NCBI RefSeq assembly: GCF_050014615.1
Contig: NZ_JBEKCZ010000006.1
Span: 2,175-66,174, forward strand
DNA: 64,000 nt
Origin: Bradyrhizobium sp.
GTDB taxonomy: Bacteria; Pseudomonadota; Alphaproteobacteria; Rhizobiales; Xanthobacteraceae
Direction: 5' to 3'
In this document: piece by piece, positions 47,611 through 57,352 of the stretch
How the letters are laid out: every line of letters begins with the position of its first letter
Position numbering within the stretch: the stretch's first letter is position 1
Position numbers and translations under genes: made by a program
Notes under the pieces: model-generated
The model's input: only the letters and a program-made list of their open reading frames with translations
Told to the model about the DNA's origin: nothing
Database searches by the model: none

Positions 47611-48588
47611 TCATTCCGCCCTGACGTTGGACGCCTTGATGATCGGCCACCACCGTTCCATCTCGGCTTTCTGAAAGGCCCGCAACGCCTCCGGCGATTG
47701 CTGGTCGCGCGGCGATATTTGAATGCCGAGTTGCTCGAAACGCTTTTGCACCGATGGATCGGCAAGGATCCGCACCATGGTGGCATTCAACTTCGCGATG
47801 ATATCGCCGGGCGTATCCTTCGGCACCCAAAGCCCATACCAGAGCGAAGCAAAGAAACCGGGCAGCCCCGCCTCATCCGCCGTCGGAATTTCCGGCGACG
47901 AAGGCAGCCGCGTCCGGCCGGTGACGGCATAAGGCCTGATGCTGCCGGTGGATATCAGCGCTCTGAAATTCGACGCCGGCTCGATCATGAGATCGATTTG
48001 TCCGGCCAGAAGATCCTGCATGGCCGGCGCGTTGCCGCGATAGGGCACGAATTGAAACCTGGTCGCGGTCTCCTTTTGAAACGAGATGCCGGCGAGATGA
48101 CCCGCCGCGCCGACGCCGGCAATGCCCACCGACGTCTTGTCGGGATTGGCCTTGAGATAGGCGATCAGCCCCTTCAGATCGTCCGCCGGCAGGCTCTTGC
48201 GGCCAGCAATCAACAACGGCTCGCTGCCGATCTGGATCACCGGCTCCAGATCCTTCAACAGATCGAACGGAAGGACGTAAAGGCCACCGGTCAGCATATG
48301 CGTGGTCGAAGTGCCGATACTCAGCGTGTAGCCATCGGCCGGCGAACGAACGGCGCGGCCGACGCCGATGCTGCCGGCGGCGCCCGCGACATTCTCGATG
48401 ATGACGGATTGACCGAGGATGCCCCGCATCTGCTCGGCCAGGGTGCGAGCCAGCGTGTCGGTGGCGCCTCCGGCGGGGAACGGCACGATCATGGTCAGCG
48501 GACGCGCAGGATAGTCCTGTGCCATCGCGCCGCCGATCCATCCCAGACCAAACAGGATCGCGGCCATTGCCGTCGGCAATCTACCCAT
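47611..48588 (-). CDS. Tripartite tricarboxylate transporter substrate-binding protein (Bug/TctC)
   Basis: YPARPLTMIVPFPAGGATD, ENVAGAAG, VPYRG, WYGLWVP. No tctAB in the window. Confidence 0.92.
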   Translation of the reverse strand: MGRLPTAMAAILFGLGWIGGAMAQDYPARPLTMIVPFPAGGATDTLARTLAEQMRGILGQSVIIENVAGAAGSIGVGRAVRSPADGYTLSIGTSTTHMLTGGLYVLPFDLLKDLEPVIQIGSEPLLIAGRKSLPADDLKGLIAYLKANPDKTSVGIAGVGAAGHLAGISFQKETATRFQFVPYRGNAPAMQDLLAGQIDLMIEPASNFRALISTGSIRPYAVTGRTRLPSSPEIPTADEAGLPGFFASLWYGLWVPKDTPGDIIAKLNATMVRILADPSVQKRFEQLGIQISPRDQQSPEALRAFQKAEMERWWPIIKASNVRAE

Positions 48589-48622
48589 GGGCCTCCTCCG
48601 AAATCGGCGCATGCAGCACCGA

Positions 48623-50389
48623 TCAGTTATCGCCGATCACCTCGCGCCGCTGCCGTTCGGATTCCTCCGCGTAGCGTCGCATCGCGTGGGCTTCAGTCAG
48701 AATTCCAATCGGCCGGTGTTCGCCGCCGGCTTCGACCACGGCCAGCGATTCGGCTTCCGCGGCATCAAAAATGGCGATCGCTTCCTGGATGTTCATGGCG
48801 GGATGCAACACGATGCCCCGGTGATGAAGGATACCATGAAGGCCCTTGGTCATCTCGATATCAGACGTGTGTGCGTGCGCATCCGCCACCAGCACCAGCC
48901 CGACGTAGTGGCCGGCGGCGTCGACTGCGACCACCCGGTTCTTCGATCCCAGCGGAAACTTGGCTCGGAATTCTTCGATCGGCATCTCGGCATTCACGGT
49001 GGCCACGTCCGGCCGCATCAGCCGCCGCACCGTGAGATCGCGGATCCAGCCGATATCGGCGGCGCTACGGATGGTCTCGCCGCGCAAATGCAATCGCCAG
49101 GTCGCGAACGAGTAACCGAACCATTCGCGGGTGATCTGGGTCGAGATGATGACCGCGACCAGCACGATCGTGGTCAGCCAGAGATCGCCGGTCGACTCCA
49201 GCGCGATGAACGTCATCGTCAGCGGGCCGCCGATCACGGACGCCGACAGCGCGCTCATGCCGACAACCGCATAGACGTTGGGATCGAGATTGAGGCCCGG
49301 CCAGATCACATCGAAGCCGGCGGCGAACAGGCGGCCACCGAGCGCGCCGAGAAAAAGCGTGGCGAAAAACAATCCACCACGAAAACCGCTGCCCAGCGAA
49401 ATCACCGACGCGATCGCTTTCAGGACGAACACTGTCGCCATGGCCGCGAGCGGCATTGAAACAAGTCCGGCAAAGTGCAGCGCACCATGCCCCGACGACA
49501 TCACTTGCGGCGTCTGCAAGGCGAGCAGGCCCACCGCGAGACCGCCCAGCGCCGGGCGCAGCGGCGACCAGATCCCGGTCTTCGACAGCAGCGCCTCGCA
49601 GAACGCGACGCCGCGCATGATTCCGATGCCAAACAGCGCCGCCAGAATCCCGAGCACCGCGGCGATGGCCAGGTCGCGCCCGAGCACATCGCCGACCGGC
49701 CCGACGCCGACGCCGAGTGTCAGCACCGTAAACGCATGGGCGACGAAATAGCCCGCCACCGCGGCGACGCCGACCGGCGTCAGACTGGAGGGCGTGTATC
49801 CTCCGATCACCAGTTCAAAGGCGTAGAAGGCGCCGGCCAGCGGCGCCCCGAACGCGCCCGCGATCGCGGCGGCGGCGCCGCAGCCGACCATCAGACGCTG
49901 ATCGGCACGGCGCAGATGAAATCCGCGACCCAGCGAGGCGGCAAGGCCGCTGGCCAGCTGGGTATATCCCGCTTCAAGTCCGACCGAGGCGCCGACGCCG
50001 CTGGACCAGATCGTCTGCAACGCCACGATCACACTGCCGCGAAACGACATTCGCCCGCCATGCAGGGCATTGGCCTCGATCGGATCGATTTCACGCGCCG
50101 GCCGCCAGCGCAGCAGCAGCAGGAAAGCCACCCCCAGCAGCAGCCCGCCGAGACTTGGAACCAGGAGGGCGCGCAGCGGATCGATCCTGACCTGGCTGGA
50201 AAGACGATCCCCCATTGCAAGGTTGAACAGCGCCACATGGAGCAGTTCGACCGCGGCCCCCATGGCCGCGACCACCAGTCCCGCTGTCGTCCCGACCAGG
50301 GCCGCCAGAACCACCAGGCTGGTTTCATGGGCGCGAACGAATGCCCGCAGCCGGCGTGGCGCCTCCAGATAGCGGGGTTTGGTGATCAT
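48623..50389 (-). CDS. ClC family anion channel/transporter with C-terminal CBS pair
   Basis: SVGLEAG, AFGAPLAGAFYAFELV, SGFRGGLF, many TMs, CBS domains. Confidence 0.88.
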   Translation of the reverse strand: MITKPRYLEAPRRLRAFVRAHETSLVVLAALVGTTAGLVVAAMGAAVELLHVALFNLAMGDRLSSQVRIDPLRALLVPSLGGLLLGVAFLLLLRWRPAREIDPIEANALHGGRMSFRGSVIVALQTIWSSGVGASVGLEAGYTQLASGLAASLGRGFHLRRADQRLMVGCGAAAAIAGAFGAPLAGAFYAFELVIGGYTPSSLTPVGVAAVAGYFVAHAFTVLTLGVGVGPVGDVLGRDLAIAAVLGILAALFGIGIMRGVAFCEALLSKTGIWSPLRPALGGLAVGLLALQTPQVMSSGHGALHFAGLVSMPLAAMATVFVLKAIASVISLGSGFRGGLFFATLFLGALGGRLFAAGFDVIWPGLNLDPNVYAVVGMSALSASVIGGPLTMTFIALESTGDLWLTTIVLVAVIISTQITREWFGYSFATWRLHLRGETIRSAADIGWIRDLTVRRLMRPDVATVNAEMPIEEFRAKFPLGSKNRVVAVDAAGHYVGLVLVADAHAHTSDIEMTKGLHGILHHRGIVLHPAMNIQEAIAIFDAAEAESLAVVEAGGEHRPIGILTEAHAMRRYAEESERQRREVIGDN

Positions 50390-50580
50390 TTTGCCGTGTC
50401 CGTGTGCGGCCGAAATGGGGCCGGCCGCCTCGTTTAGCGGTGTTAATGCCGCTCCTGCAATCGGTAGCGCCCCCTGGCCATGGCGGATAAGGCCGCCAAC
50501 GCTCTTCACAATCCCGTCACGCTGCCTGTAGTATGTCAACTCATGCTGCTTCGCAGCTTATAGGGGGCCAGGAGCGTTAC

Positions 50581-51138
50581 TTGAACGCACATGTCTCGCA
50601 AGGTGGTTGGCCGGTACTGGTACTGAACGCGGACTTCCGGCCGCTCAGTTATTATCCGCTGTCTCTTTGGTCGTGGCAGGACGCGATCAAGGCGGTGTTC
50701 CTCGACCGCGTCAATATCGTCGAGCACTACGACCGCGCGGTGCGCAGTCCCTCGTTCGAGATTCAGCTGCCGAGCGTGGTGTCGCTCAAATCCTTCGTCA
50801 AGCCGACCACGCATCCTGCCTTTACCCGGTTCAACGTATTCCTGCGCGACCGCTTCGTCTGCCAATACTGCTCGGCCGACGACGATCTCACCTTCGATCA
50901 CATCATCCCGCGCAGCAAGGGCGGCCAGACCACGTGGGAGAATGTGGTCGCCGCGTGTTCGCCATGCAATCTGCGCAAGGGCAATTTGACGCCGCAGCAG
51001 GCACGGATGTTTCCGCGGCAGCCGCCATTCGCGCCGACGGTGCACCAGCTGCATCGCAACGGCCGGCTGTTCCCGCCGAACTATCTGCACGACAGCTGGC
51101 TGGATTATTTATACTGGGACACCGAACTCGATCCATAA
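50581..51138 (+). CDS. Stand-alone HNH endonuclease family protein
   Basis: LVLNADFRPL, RDRFVCQYC, DHIIPRSKGG, WENVVAACSPCNLRKG. Likely TTG start at 50581; ATG at 50533 is an alternative. Confidence 0.88.
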   Translation: MNAHVSQGGWPVLVLNADFRPLSYYPLSLWSWQDAIKAVFLDRVNIVEHYDRAVRSPSFEIQLPSVVSLKSFVKPTTHPAFTRFNVFLRDRFVCQYCSADDDLTFDHIIPRSKGGQTTWENVVAACSPCNLRKGNLTPQQARMFPRQPPFAPTVHQLHRNGRLFPPNYLHDSWLDYLYWDTELDP

Positions 51139-51278
51139 TTCGCGATCGGCGGGGTCGCCACTCCCGTTACGGCGGACTTTCAAGACGGTCATTTGCGGCA
51201 TAAGATCGCTCCCGATTTCGCGCGCGCTGGTTCGCCGAAATCTGCGCAACCCGCACGCGCCGGCTGGCCAGGAGAAAC

Positions 51279-52253
51279 TTGATGGCCTCGTTGACTGAAT
51301 GGAAGGTGCCGCCGGCGAGTCAACCCCGCGCGGCCGACTACAGTTTCGATCTCGACCGGGTATTGTCCTCGGTTGTCGGCCTGCATTCGATCGTCCCCAG
51401 CGATGCCTCTAGCGCCGACACCCTGGGTACCGAGCGCGCCGGCAATGGCGTACTGATCGATGACGGGCTGGTATTGACCATCGGCTATCTGATCACCGAG
51501 GCCGAAACCGTCTGGCTGCATATCGGCGACGGCCGTGTGGTGCCAGGCCACGCGCTCGGCTTCGATGCGGTGACCGGCTTCGGCCTGGTGCAGGCGCTTG
51601 GCCATATCGATCTGGATCCGCTGCCGCTGGGGTCTTCCGCCGCCGCCGAGATCGGCGACCGCGTGGTGCTAGGCGGCGCCGGGGGACGCACGCGATCGGT
51701 CGCCAGCCAAATCACCGCCAAGCAGGAGTTCGCAGGTTACTGGGAGTATCTGCTGGACGAGGCGATCTTCACCTATCCGGCGCATCCCAACTGGGGCGGC
51801 ACCGGACTGATCTCGACCCGCGGCGAATTGATCGGCATCGGCTCGCTGCAGCTCGAGCGCGAGCGCGACGGCAAGGCCGAGCGCGTCAACATGGTGGTGC
51901 CGATCGATCTGCTCAAGCCGGTGCTCGACGACTTGCGGAAATTCGGCCGCGTCAACAAGCCGGCGCGGCCGTGGCTCGGGATGTATTCGACCGAGATCGA
52001 CAACAAGGTCGTCGTGGTCGGCATCTCCGCCAAGGGTCCCGCGGCGCGCGCCGAACTCAAGGCCGGCGATGTCATCCTCGCCGTGAATGGCGAGAAGATA
52101 TCGAGTCAAACCGGCTTTTATCGAAAGCTGTGGTCGCTCGGCCCTGCCGGCGTCGACGTGCCGCTCACCGTCTATCATGAGGGCGTCACCTTCGACGTGG
52201 TGTTGACCTCGATCGACCGTGCCAAACTACTCAAGGCGCCGCAGCTGCACTGA
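51279..52253 (+). CDS. Trypsin-like (S1C/HtrA-fold) plus PDZ protein with degenerate catalytic triad
   Basis: GNGVLI, LTIGYLI, DAVTGFGLV, PNWGG, GELIGIG, RPWLG, GPAARAELKAGDVI. Confidence 0.82.
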   Translation: MMASLTEWKVPPASQPRAADYSFDLDRVLSSVVGLHSIVPSDASSADTLGTERAGNGVLIDDGLVLTIGYLITEAETVWLHIGDGRVVPGHALGFDAVTGFGLVQALGHIDLDPLPLGSSAAAEIGDRVVLGGAGGRTRSVASQITAKQEFAGYWEYLLDEAIFTYPAHPNWGGTGLISTRGELIGIGSLQLERERDGKAERVNMVVPIDLLKPVLDDLRKFGRVNKPARPWLGMYSTEIDNKVVVVGISAKGPAARAELKAGDVILAVNGEKISSQTGFYRKLWSLGPAGVDVPLTVYHEGVTFDVVLTSIDRAKLLKAPQLH

Positions 52254-52302
52254 TAGAGCGTTTTCGAGCGCAAAAGCGCGATCAGCAACAGGAAACCGCG
52301 CG

Positions 52303-53376
52303 ATGAGTGAGGCCGTGGTCGACGACATCGTGGCCATGCTGCCGCCGCTGCTGCAATCGCTGGAAGCACTCGGCTTTATCGCGCGCCATCTCAACCCGCC
52401 GGATTTCGGGCGGGTCATGCACGCCGCCGGAACGCCGGATCAGGCATTACGGGCCGAGCTTCCCCGGCTGGCCGGCTGGCCGGAGCAATTCGCGCATTTG
52501 CGCCTGCCGTTACAGACCGCTGGTGATGCGGCGCTGGCGGCTTTCGCGGGATTGCGCGCGGTACAGTCGGGCCAGGGTGACCTCGTGGCCGTATTTCGCG
52601 CGCTGCGTTACGCCCCGCGCGCGCAGGAGGCGCTGTACCCCCTCGCCGCGAAACTGCCCCCGGTCAGCAGCTTCTTCACCGATCCCGCTTTGCGCGAGGA
52701 CGCCGGTCTGCTGGCACGCCTCGCGGAGCCGGGCCAACCCAACACCGGAATCTTTCACGATCACAACGAACCCGGCAGCCGCGGCGGTTTCTCGCTCTAC
52801 GTACCGGAATATTACACGCCCGACCGCGCCTGGCCGCTGGTGATGGCGCTGCATGGCGGCAGCGGCAATGGCCGCGGCTTTCTGTGGAGCTGGCTGCGCG
52901 ATGCGCGCAGCCACGGCGCCATCCTGGTCGCGCCCACCGCGACCGGGAGCACCTGGGCCTTGATGGGCGAGGACACCGACAGCCCGAACCTCGCCCGCAT
53001 TCTCGATTCCGTGCGAAGCCGCTGCAACGTCAATCCCAACAGGCTATTGCTGACCGGGATGAGCGACGGCGGCACCTTCTGCTATGTCACCGGGCTCGAA
53101 AGCGCCTCCCGGTTCACCCACCTCGCGCCCGTTTCCGCCACCTTCCATCCGCTGATGGCCGAGATGGCCGACGCGCAGAGGTTACGGGACTTGCCGGTCT
53201 ATCTCGTGCACGGCCAGCTCGACTGGATGTTTCCGGTAGAGGTGGCGCGGCAGACCCAGGCGGCGTTGTCGGCGGCCGGCGCCGACGTGACCTACCGGGA
53301 GCTCGACGATCTCAGCCATTGCTATCCGCGCGAGATCAACCCGGTGATCCTCAATTGGCTGAACGGTGCGTCATAA
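52303..53376 (+). CDS. Phospholipase/carboxylesterase-family alpha/beta hydrolase with N-terminal helical domain
   Basis: PLVMALHGGSG, GMSDGG nucleophile, HGQLDWMF, SHCYP. Confidence 0.85.
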   Translation: MSEAVVDDIVAMLPPLLQSLEALGFIARHLNPPDFGRVMHAAGTPDQALRAELPRLAGWPEQFAHLRLPLQTAGDAALAAFAGLRAVQSGQGDLVAVFRALRYAPRAQEALYPLAAKLPPVSSFFTDPALREDAGLLARLAEPGQPNTGIFHDHNEPGSRGGFSLYVPEYYTPDRAWPLVMALHGGSGNGRGFLWSWLRDARSHGAILVAPTATGSTWALMGEDTDSPNLARILDSVRSRCNVNPNRLLLTGMSDGGTFCYVTGLESASRFTHLAPVSATFHPLMAEMADAQRLRDLPVYLVHGQLDWMFPVEVARQTQAALSAAGADVTYRELDDLSHCYPREINPVILNWLNGAS

Positions 53377-53379
53377 CCC

Positions 53380-54120
53380 TCAGACCATGCCGCCATTGGC
53401 GCGCAGCACCTGACCGTTGATCCATCCGCCATCGGGACCGACGAGGAAAGATACAACGGACGCGATATCCTCCGTGGTGCCGAGGCGTTCCATCGGATTC
53501 ATCTTGGCCATGCGCTCGACCAGTTCCGGCGATTTGCCGGTGAGGAACAGGTCGGTCGCGACCGGCCCCGGCGCCACGGCATTGACCGTGATGTTGCGGC
53601 CACGCAATTCCTTCGCAAGGATCGCCGTCATGGTTTCCACCGCCGCCTTGGTCGCGGCATAAACGCTGTAGGTCTCCAGTTTGGTCCCGACCACGCTGGT
53701 CGAGAAATTGACGATCCGCCCGCCGTCGCGCAGCCGCCTGGCGGCCTCGCGCATGCAATTGAAGCTGCCCTTGAGATTGACCGCGATCTGCTGGTCGAAC
53801 AGCGCATCATCGCTGTCGGCGATCTTTGCGAGCTTCATGATGCCGGCATTGTTGATCAGCACGTCGAGGCCGCCGAAGGCCGCTTCCGCCGCATCGAACA
53901 TGCCGCGTACCGCGTTGGCGTCGCTGACATCGGCCCTGGCGGTGAGCGCCCGGCCGCCCTTGGCTTCGATCTTTCGGGCAAGCGCCTCGGCGGATTTCAT
54001 ATCACCGGAATAATTGATGACGACGGCGAAGCCATCGCCGGCGAGACGTTCGGCTATCGCGGCACCGATGCCGCGCGAGGCGCCGGTCACAATCGCGGTC
54101 TTGCTGGTTTTGTCGGTCAT
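53380..54120 (-). CDS. Short-chain dehydrogenase/reductase
   Basis: TGASRGIG, NNAG, YAATK, NAVAPG, INGQ. Confidence 0.93.
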   Translation of the reverse strand: MTDKTSKTAIVTGASRGIGAAIAERLAGDGFAVVINYSGDMKSAEALARKIEAKGGRALTARADVSDANAVRGMFDAAEAAFGGLDVLINNAGIMKLAKIADSDDALFDQQIAVNLKGSFNCMREAARRLRDGGRIVNFSTSVVGTKLETYSVYAATKAAVETMTAILAKELRGRNITVNAVAPGPVATDLFLTGKSPELVERMAKMNPMERLGTTEDIASVVSFLVGPDGGWINGQVLRANGGMV

Positions 54121-54310
54121 TTCTTCACTTCCCCTGTGCCTTTAATGTTCCCTCACACATTGATGTATTGAATGTATTGCGGATCATCGTTTCAAGCCTT
54201 CGTGATAACTGGCATCCGCTGATTTCCTGATGTTTCTTTTGGCACGGAACCATCACGGCCCGACCAAGTTGTCGATCGTCACTGAGGGTTTGCCTCACGG
54301 AGGGTTTGCG

Positions 54311-54517
54311 ATGCGCGTTTTTCTAGGAATGATCTTGGGTGCGCTTTTGCTGATCGCTGGCGTCTACGCCTACGATTCGCAATCTACCTCGACCGTCGCC
54401 AACGGCCAGAGCGCGTCGAATAGCCGGACGATCGTCAACTGGGACGTCGCGGCAACCGACTGGAACGCGCTGAAGCAGCAGGCCCATAGCGACTGGATCA
54501 GGCTTTCGTCGAAATAA
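54311..54517 (+). CDS. Small membrane-anchored hypothetical protein
   Basis: GGAG upstream, MRVFLGMILGALLLIAGVYAYD TM, VNWD...W motif. Confidence 0.6.
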   Translation: MRVFLGMILGALLLIAGVYAYDSQSTSTVANGQSASNSRTIVNWDVAATDWNALKQQAHSDWIRLSSK

Positions 54518-54545
54518 CTTGCGTCGAAATAGCCGCATCGCTGCA

Positions 54546-54621
54546 CTAGAGCATGATTCAACCGGGTTGAATCATGCTCGTCGTCGATCTTCTTGTTTGA
54601 GCATGATCTCCGCGCAAACGC
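54546..54621. repeat. Second, partial copy of the GAGCATGAT palindromic repeat
   Basis: About 60 bp nearly identical to 10693-10755, then diverges to CCGCGCAAACG. Confidence 0.8.
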
Positions 54622-54623
54622 CT

Positions 54624-55298
54624 CTATGACTTCTTCAGCGCCTTGCGCGCGTCGGCGATGACCTGGGCGAACTGCGCCATGGTCAGCACGCCTGGCACGC
54701 GGAATTTGCCGACGATAAAGGACGGCGTGCCCTTGAAGTCGAAGGCCGTCGCCTGATCGTTGTTGCGCGCCAGGATGGCGTCGATCGCCGTGGCGTTGGC
54801 GGCGAGGTCGCGCGTGAGACGGTCCATTTCAATGCCCGCGCCGGCGAGCAGTTCGGAAATGCGCGGCTCGGTCAGCTTCGAATTGATTCCGATCAGCGCA
54901 TCATGCGCCTGGATGAATTTGTCCTGGTATTTGCTCGCCAGCGCCATCCGCGCCGCCGTCACCGAGGCAGGCCCCAGGATCGGCCAGTCCTTCAGCACCA
55001 GCCTGACCTTACCGTCGTCGTGCACCACCTGCCGCAGATCGGGTTCGAGCTTGCGGCAATAGGGGCACTGGTAGTCGAAATATTCGACGATGCTGATATC
55101 ACCATCGGGATTTCCGGCCACCGGGATATCCGGGTCGCGCAACACCAGGGCTTCCGTCAGCACGCCGTCGCTTTGGGCGGACGCCGGGCCCGGCGCAACA
55201 CTGATGCCGAGCATGGCCGCGCCGGTGCCGAACAGGCCCAGCGTCTCGCGCCTTGTGCGCGGTTGATACGGCCGGGCCGGATCGATCGATGTGGTCAT
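54624..55298 (-). CDS. DsbA-family thioredoxin-fold protein with Tat-like signal
   Basis: TRRETLG twin-arginine motif, EYFDYQCPYC, KDWPILG, GTPSF. Confidence 0.9.
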   Translation of the reverse strand: MTTSIDPARPYQPRTRRETLGLFGTGAAMLGISVAPGPASAQSDGVLTEALVLRDPDIPVAGNPDGDISIVEYFDYQCPYCRKLEPDLRQVVHDDGKVRLVLKDWPILGPASVTAARMALASKYQDKFIQAHDALIGINSKLTEPRISELLAGAGIEMDRLTRDLAANATAIDAILARNNDQATAFDFKGTPSFIVGKFRVPGVLTMAQFAQVIADARKALKKS

Positions 55299-55346
55299 GT
55301 CTGGTCTCCCGGCTGCCTTTGGCGCACGTCTATCCGTTATTTACGC

Positions 55347-56138
55347 TCATGATAAGGATAAGTTACGCGCCAGCATATAAAGCGCCACCACTATAATGAC
55401 CGCGGCGAACACAATATTGAGCGCGCCATGCCGCACCGACAATAATCGCGCCGAGCGGGTGCCGATCAATCCGCCGACGACACCGCCGGCAATGAACAAT
55501 CCCGCGAGCTCCCACGAGATCAATCCGGACCAGGCGTAACTGGCCGCGGTGGTCAGGCCGAACGCGGTCACCGCGACCAGTGACGAGGAGACCGCGCTCA
55601 TGATCGACATTCCCGTCGCCAGCATCAAGGCCGGCACGATCAGGAACCCGCCGCCGATACCGAAGAAGCCGGACAGCGTCCCGGTCGCAAGGCCGAGGCC
55701 GACGATGGCCGGCATGTTATCCCGGTTGATCTGCACGTCGGGCAGGCCTGCCCGCGAACGCGTTTTCAGCATCAAAATCGCGATCACCAGCATCAGCAGT
55801 GCGAACAGCGCCAGCAGCCTCTGGCCATCGAGCAGCTTGCCGAAGATCGAGCCCGCGAAGGCGCCGGCCATGCCGGCCGCCGCGAACGGCAGCGCGCACG
55901 ACCACCGCACGGTGCCTCCGCGCGCATGGTTCGACAAATTGATCGCGGCATTGGCGGCCACCGCGATGGCGCTGGTTCCGATCGCCACATGGGCGTCGGA
56001 CACGCCGACCACATAGACCATCAGCGGCACCGCGAGGATGGATCCACCGCCGCCGACCAGGCCAAGCGAGAATCCAACCAGCGCTCCCGATGCCAGTCCG
56101 AGTACGCCCTGCATCGTGGAGATTATCAAGAAAGTCAC
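55347..56138 (-). CDS. TauE/SafE family membrane exporter
   Basis: GLVGGGGSILAVP, GFFGIGGGFLIVPAL. Start at GTG 56138 or ATG 56114. Confidence 0.88.
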   Translation of the reverse strand: MTFLIISTMQGVLGLASGALVGFSLGLVGGGGSILAVPLMVYVVGVSDAHVAIGTSAIAVAANAAINLSNHARGGTVRWSCALPFAAAGMAGAFAGSIFGKLLDGQRLLALFALLMLVIAILMLKTRSRAGLPDVQINRDNMPAIVGLGLATGTLSGFFGIGGGFLIVPALMLATGMSIMSAVSSSLVAVTAFGLTTAASYAWSGLISWELAGLFIAGGVVGGLIGTRSARLLSVRHGALNIVFAAVIIVVALYMLARNLSLS

Positions 56139-56212
56139 CTTACCCCTACAGCGATACTTTAGAGAGAATTCCCGCAAACCACCATGGCGGCGGCGCCGCA
56201 AACCACCCGGGA

Positions 56213-56935
56213 TCAGCGCACCAACAGCGTCACGGCCAGCGGCACCAACAGCGATGTCACGAGCGCGTTGAGGCTCATGGCGATGCCGGCGAACGCGCCC
56301 GCGACCGCGTCAACCTGAAACGCGCGGGCGGTGCCGATGCCATGCGCGGCGACGCCGACGGCGAATCCGCGCGCGCGAAAATCGGTAATACCCATCCGGT
56401 TCATCAAGGGCGTCACGACGATCGCCCCCATGATGCCGGTGAGCACGACCGCGACCGCCGTCAGCGACGGATCGGCGTGCAGGGATTCGCTGATGCCCAT
56501 CGCGATGCCCGCCGTCACCGATTTCGGCGCCAGCGACAAAATCACCCCGCGCGGCAGGCCCGCAACCTTCGCCAGCAACACCACCGATACCACCGCGGTT
56601 ACGGAGCCTGCCACCAGCGCCGCCAGCATCGGCAGAACAGACGCCGCCACCAGCTTGCGGTTTTCGTAGAGCGGCACCGCCAGCGCCACGGTCGCCGGTC
56701 CGAGCAGGAAGTGCACGAACTGCGCACCGCCGAAATAGGTCGTGTACGATGTGCCGGTGAGCAGCAGGAACGCCCCGATGATCCACATCGAATGCAGCAC
56801 GGGATTGGCAAGCGGATTGCGATGCGTCGCCAGCGACACCGCGTCCGCGACCGCATAGACCAGCAGCGTCACCGTCAGCCAGAGCAGCGGCGACTGCGAC
56901 AGATAGACCCATAGCGAGAGCGGATTTTCGCTCAT
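56213..56935 (-). CDS. lrgB: LrgB/CidB family membrane protein
   Basis: LLGPATVALAVPLY, LAPKSVT, AAHGIGTARA. Confidence 0.92.
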   Translation of the reverse strand: MSENPLSLWVYLSQSPLLWLTVTLLVYAVADAVSLATHRNPLANPVLHSMWIIGAFLLLTGTSYTTYFGGAQFVHFLLGPATVALAVPLYENRKLVAASVLPMLAALVAGSVTAVVSVVLLAKVAGLPRGVILSLAPKSVTAGIAMGISESLHADPSLTAVAVVLTGIMGAIVVTPLMNRMGITDFRARGFAVGVAAHGIGTARAFQVDAVAGAFAGIAMSLNALVTSLLVPLAVTLLVR

Positions 56936-57318
56936 GGCGCGCTCCGTCCGCGTGCCATCAGGCGGCCCGCGAAAAGAAACGTCGCCACCGTCACCAGCAG
57001 GGTCACCACCACGGAGATCGCGAGAACCACGACGATGGCGATGCCATGCTCGGCGATGAGGTCGAGTTTCTGCACGACGCCGACACCGGCCGGGACAAAC
57101 AGCAGCGACAGATGCGCCAGCAGGCCCCGGCTCGCATTCTCCACGCCGTCCTGCTGCAACGGCCCGCGCGCCAGAACCTTGAAGCGGTCGCGCGCCAGCA
57201 GCAATACCAGCAGCAGCAGCAGGCCGACCACCGGGCCCGGCATCGGCAGCTTGAGAGCACGCACGAACACTTCGCCGGCCAATTGGCACAGCAGGATCAG
57301 GCTGAGGCTTGCGATCAT
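56932..57318 (-). CDS. lrgA: CidA/LrgA family holin-like protein
   Basis: LPMPGPVVG, LLFVPAGVGV. 4-bp overlap with lrgB. Confidence 0.9.
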   Translation of the reverse strand: MIASLSLILLCQLAGEVFVRALKLPMPGPVVGLLLLLVLLLARDRFKVLARGPLQQDGVENASRGLLAHLSLLFVPAGVGVVQKLDLIAEHGIAIVVVLAISVVVTLLVTVATFLFAGRLMARGRSAP

Positions 57319-57352
57319 TGGATGGTCCGCATGCGGCTGATCGGCCGCAGGT

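Noticed and set aside
50390-50540. Fluoride riboswitch upstream of the ClC gene
   Set aside because: No GGCGATGG...CTGATG-type consensus on the coding strand.
50581-51138. HNH gene as part of a restriction, defence or homing system
   Set aside because: No methylase, intron, toxin-immunity or phage context. It looks like the common stand-alone alphaproteobacterial HNH family.
56213-57289. Fused LrgA-LrgB or N-terminally extended LrgB
   Set aside because: lrgA is complete in its own frame with a 4-bp overlap onto lrgB. The long ORF is a chance open frame.
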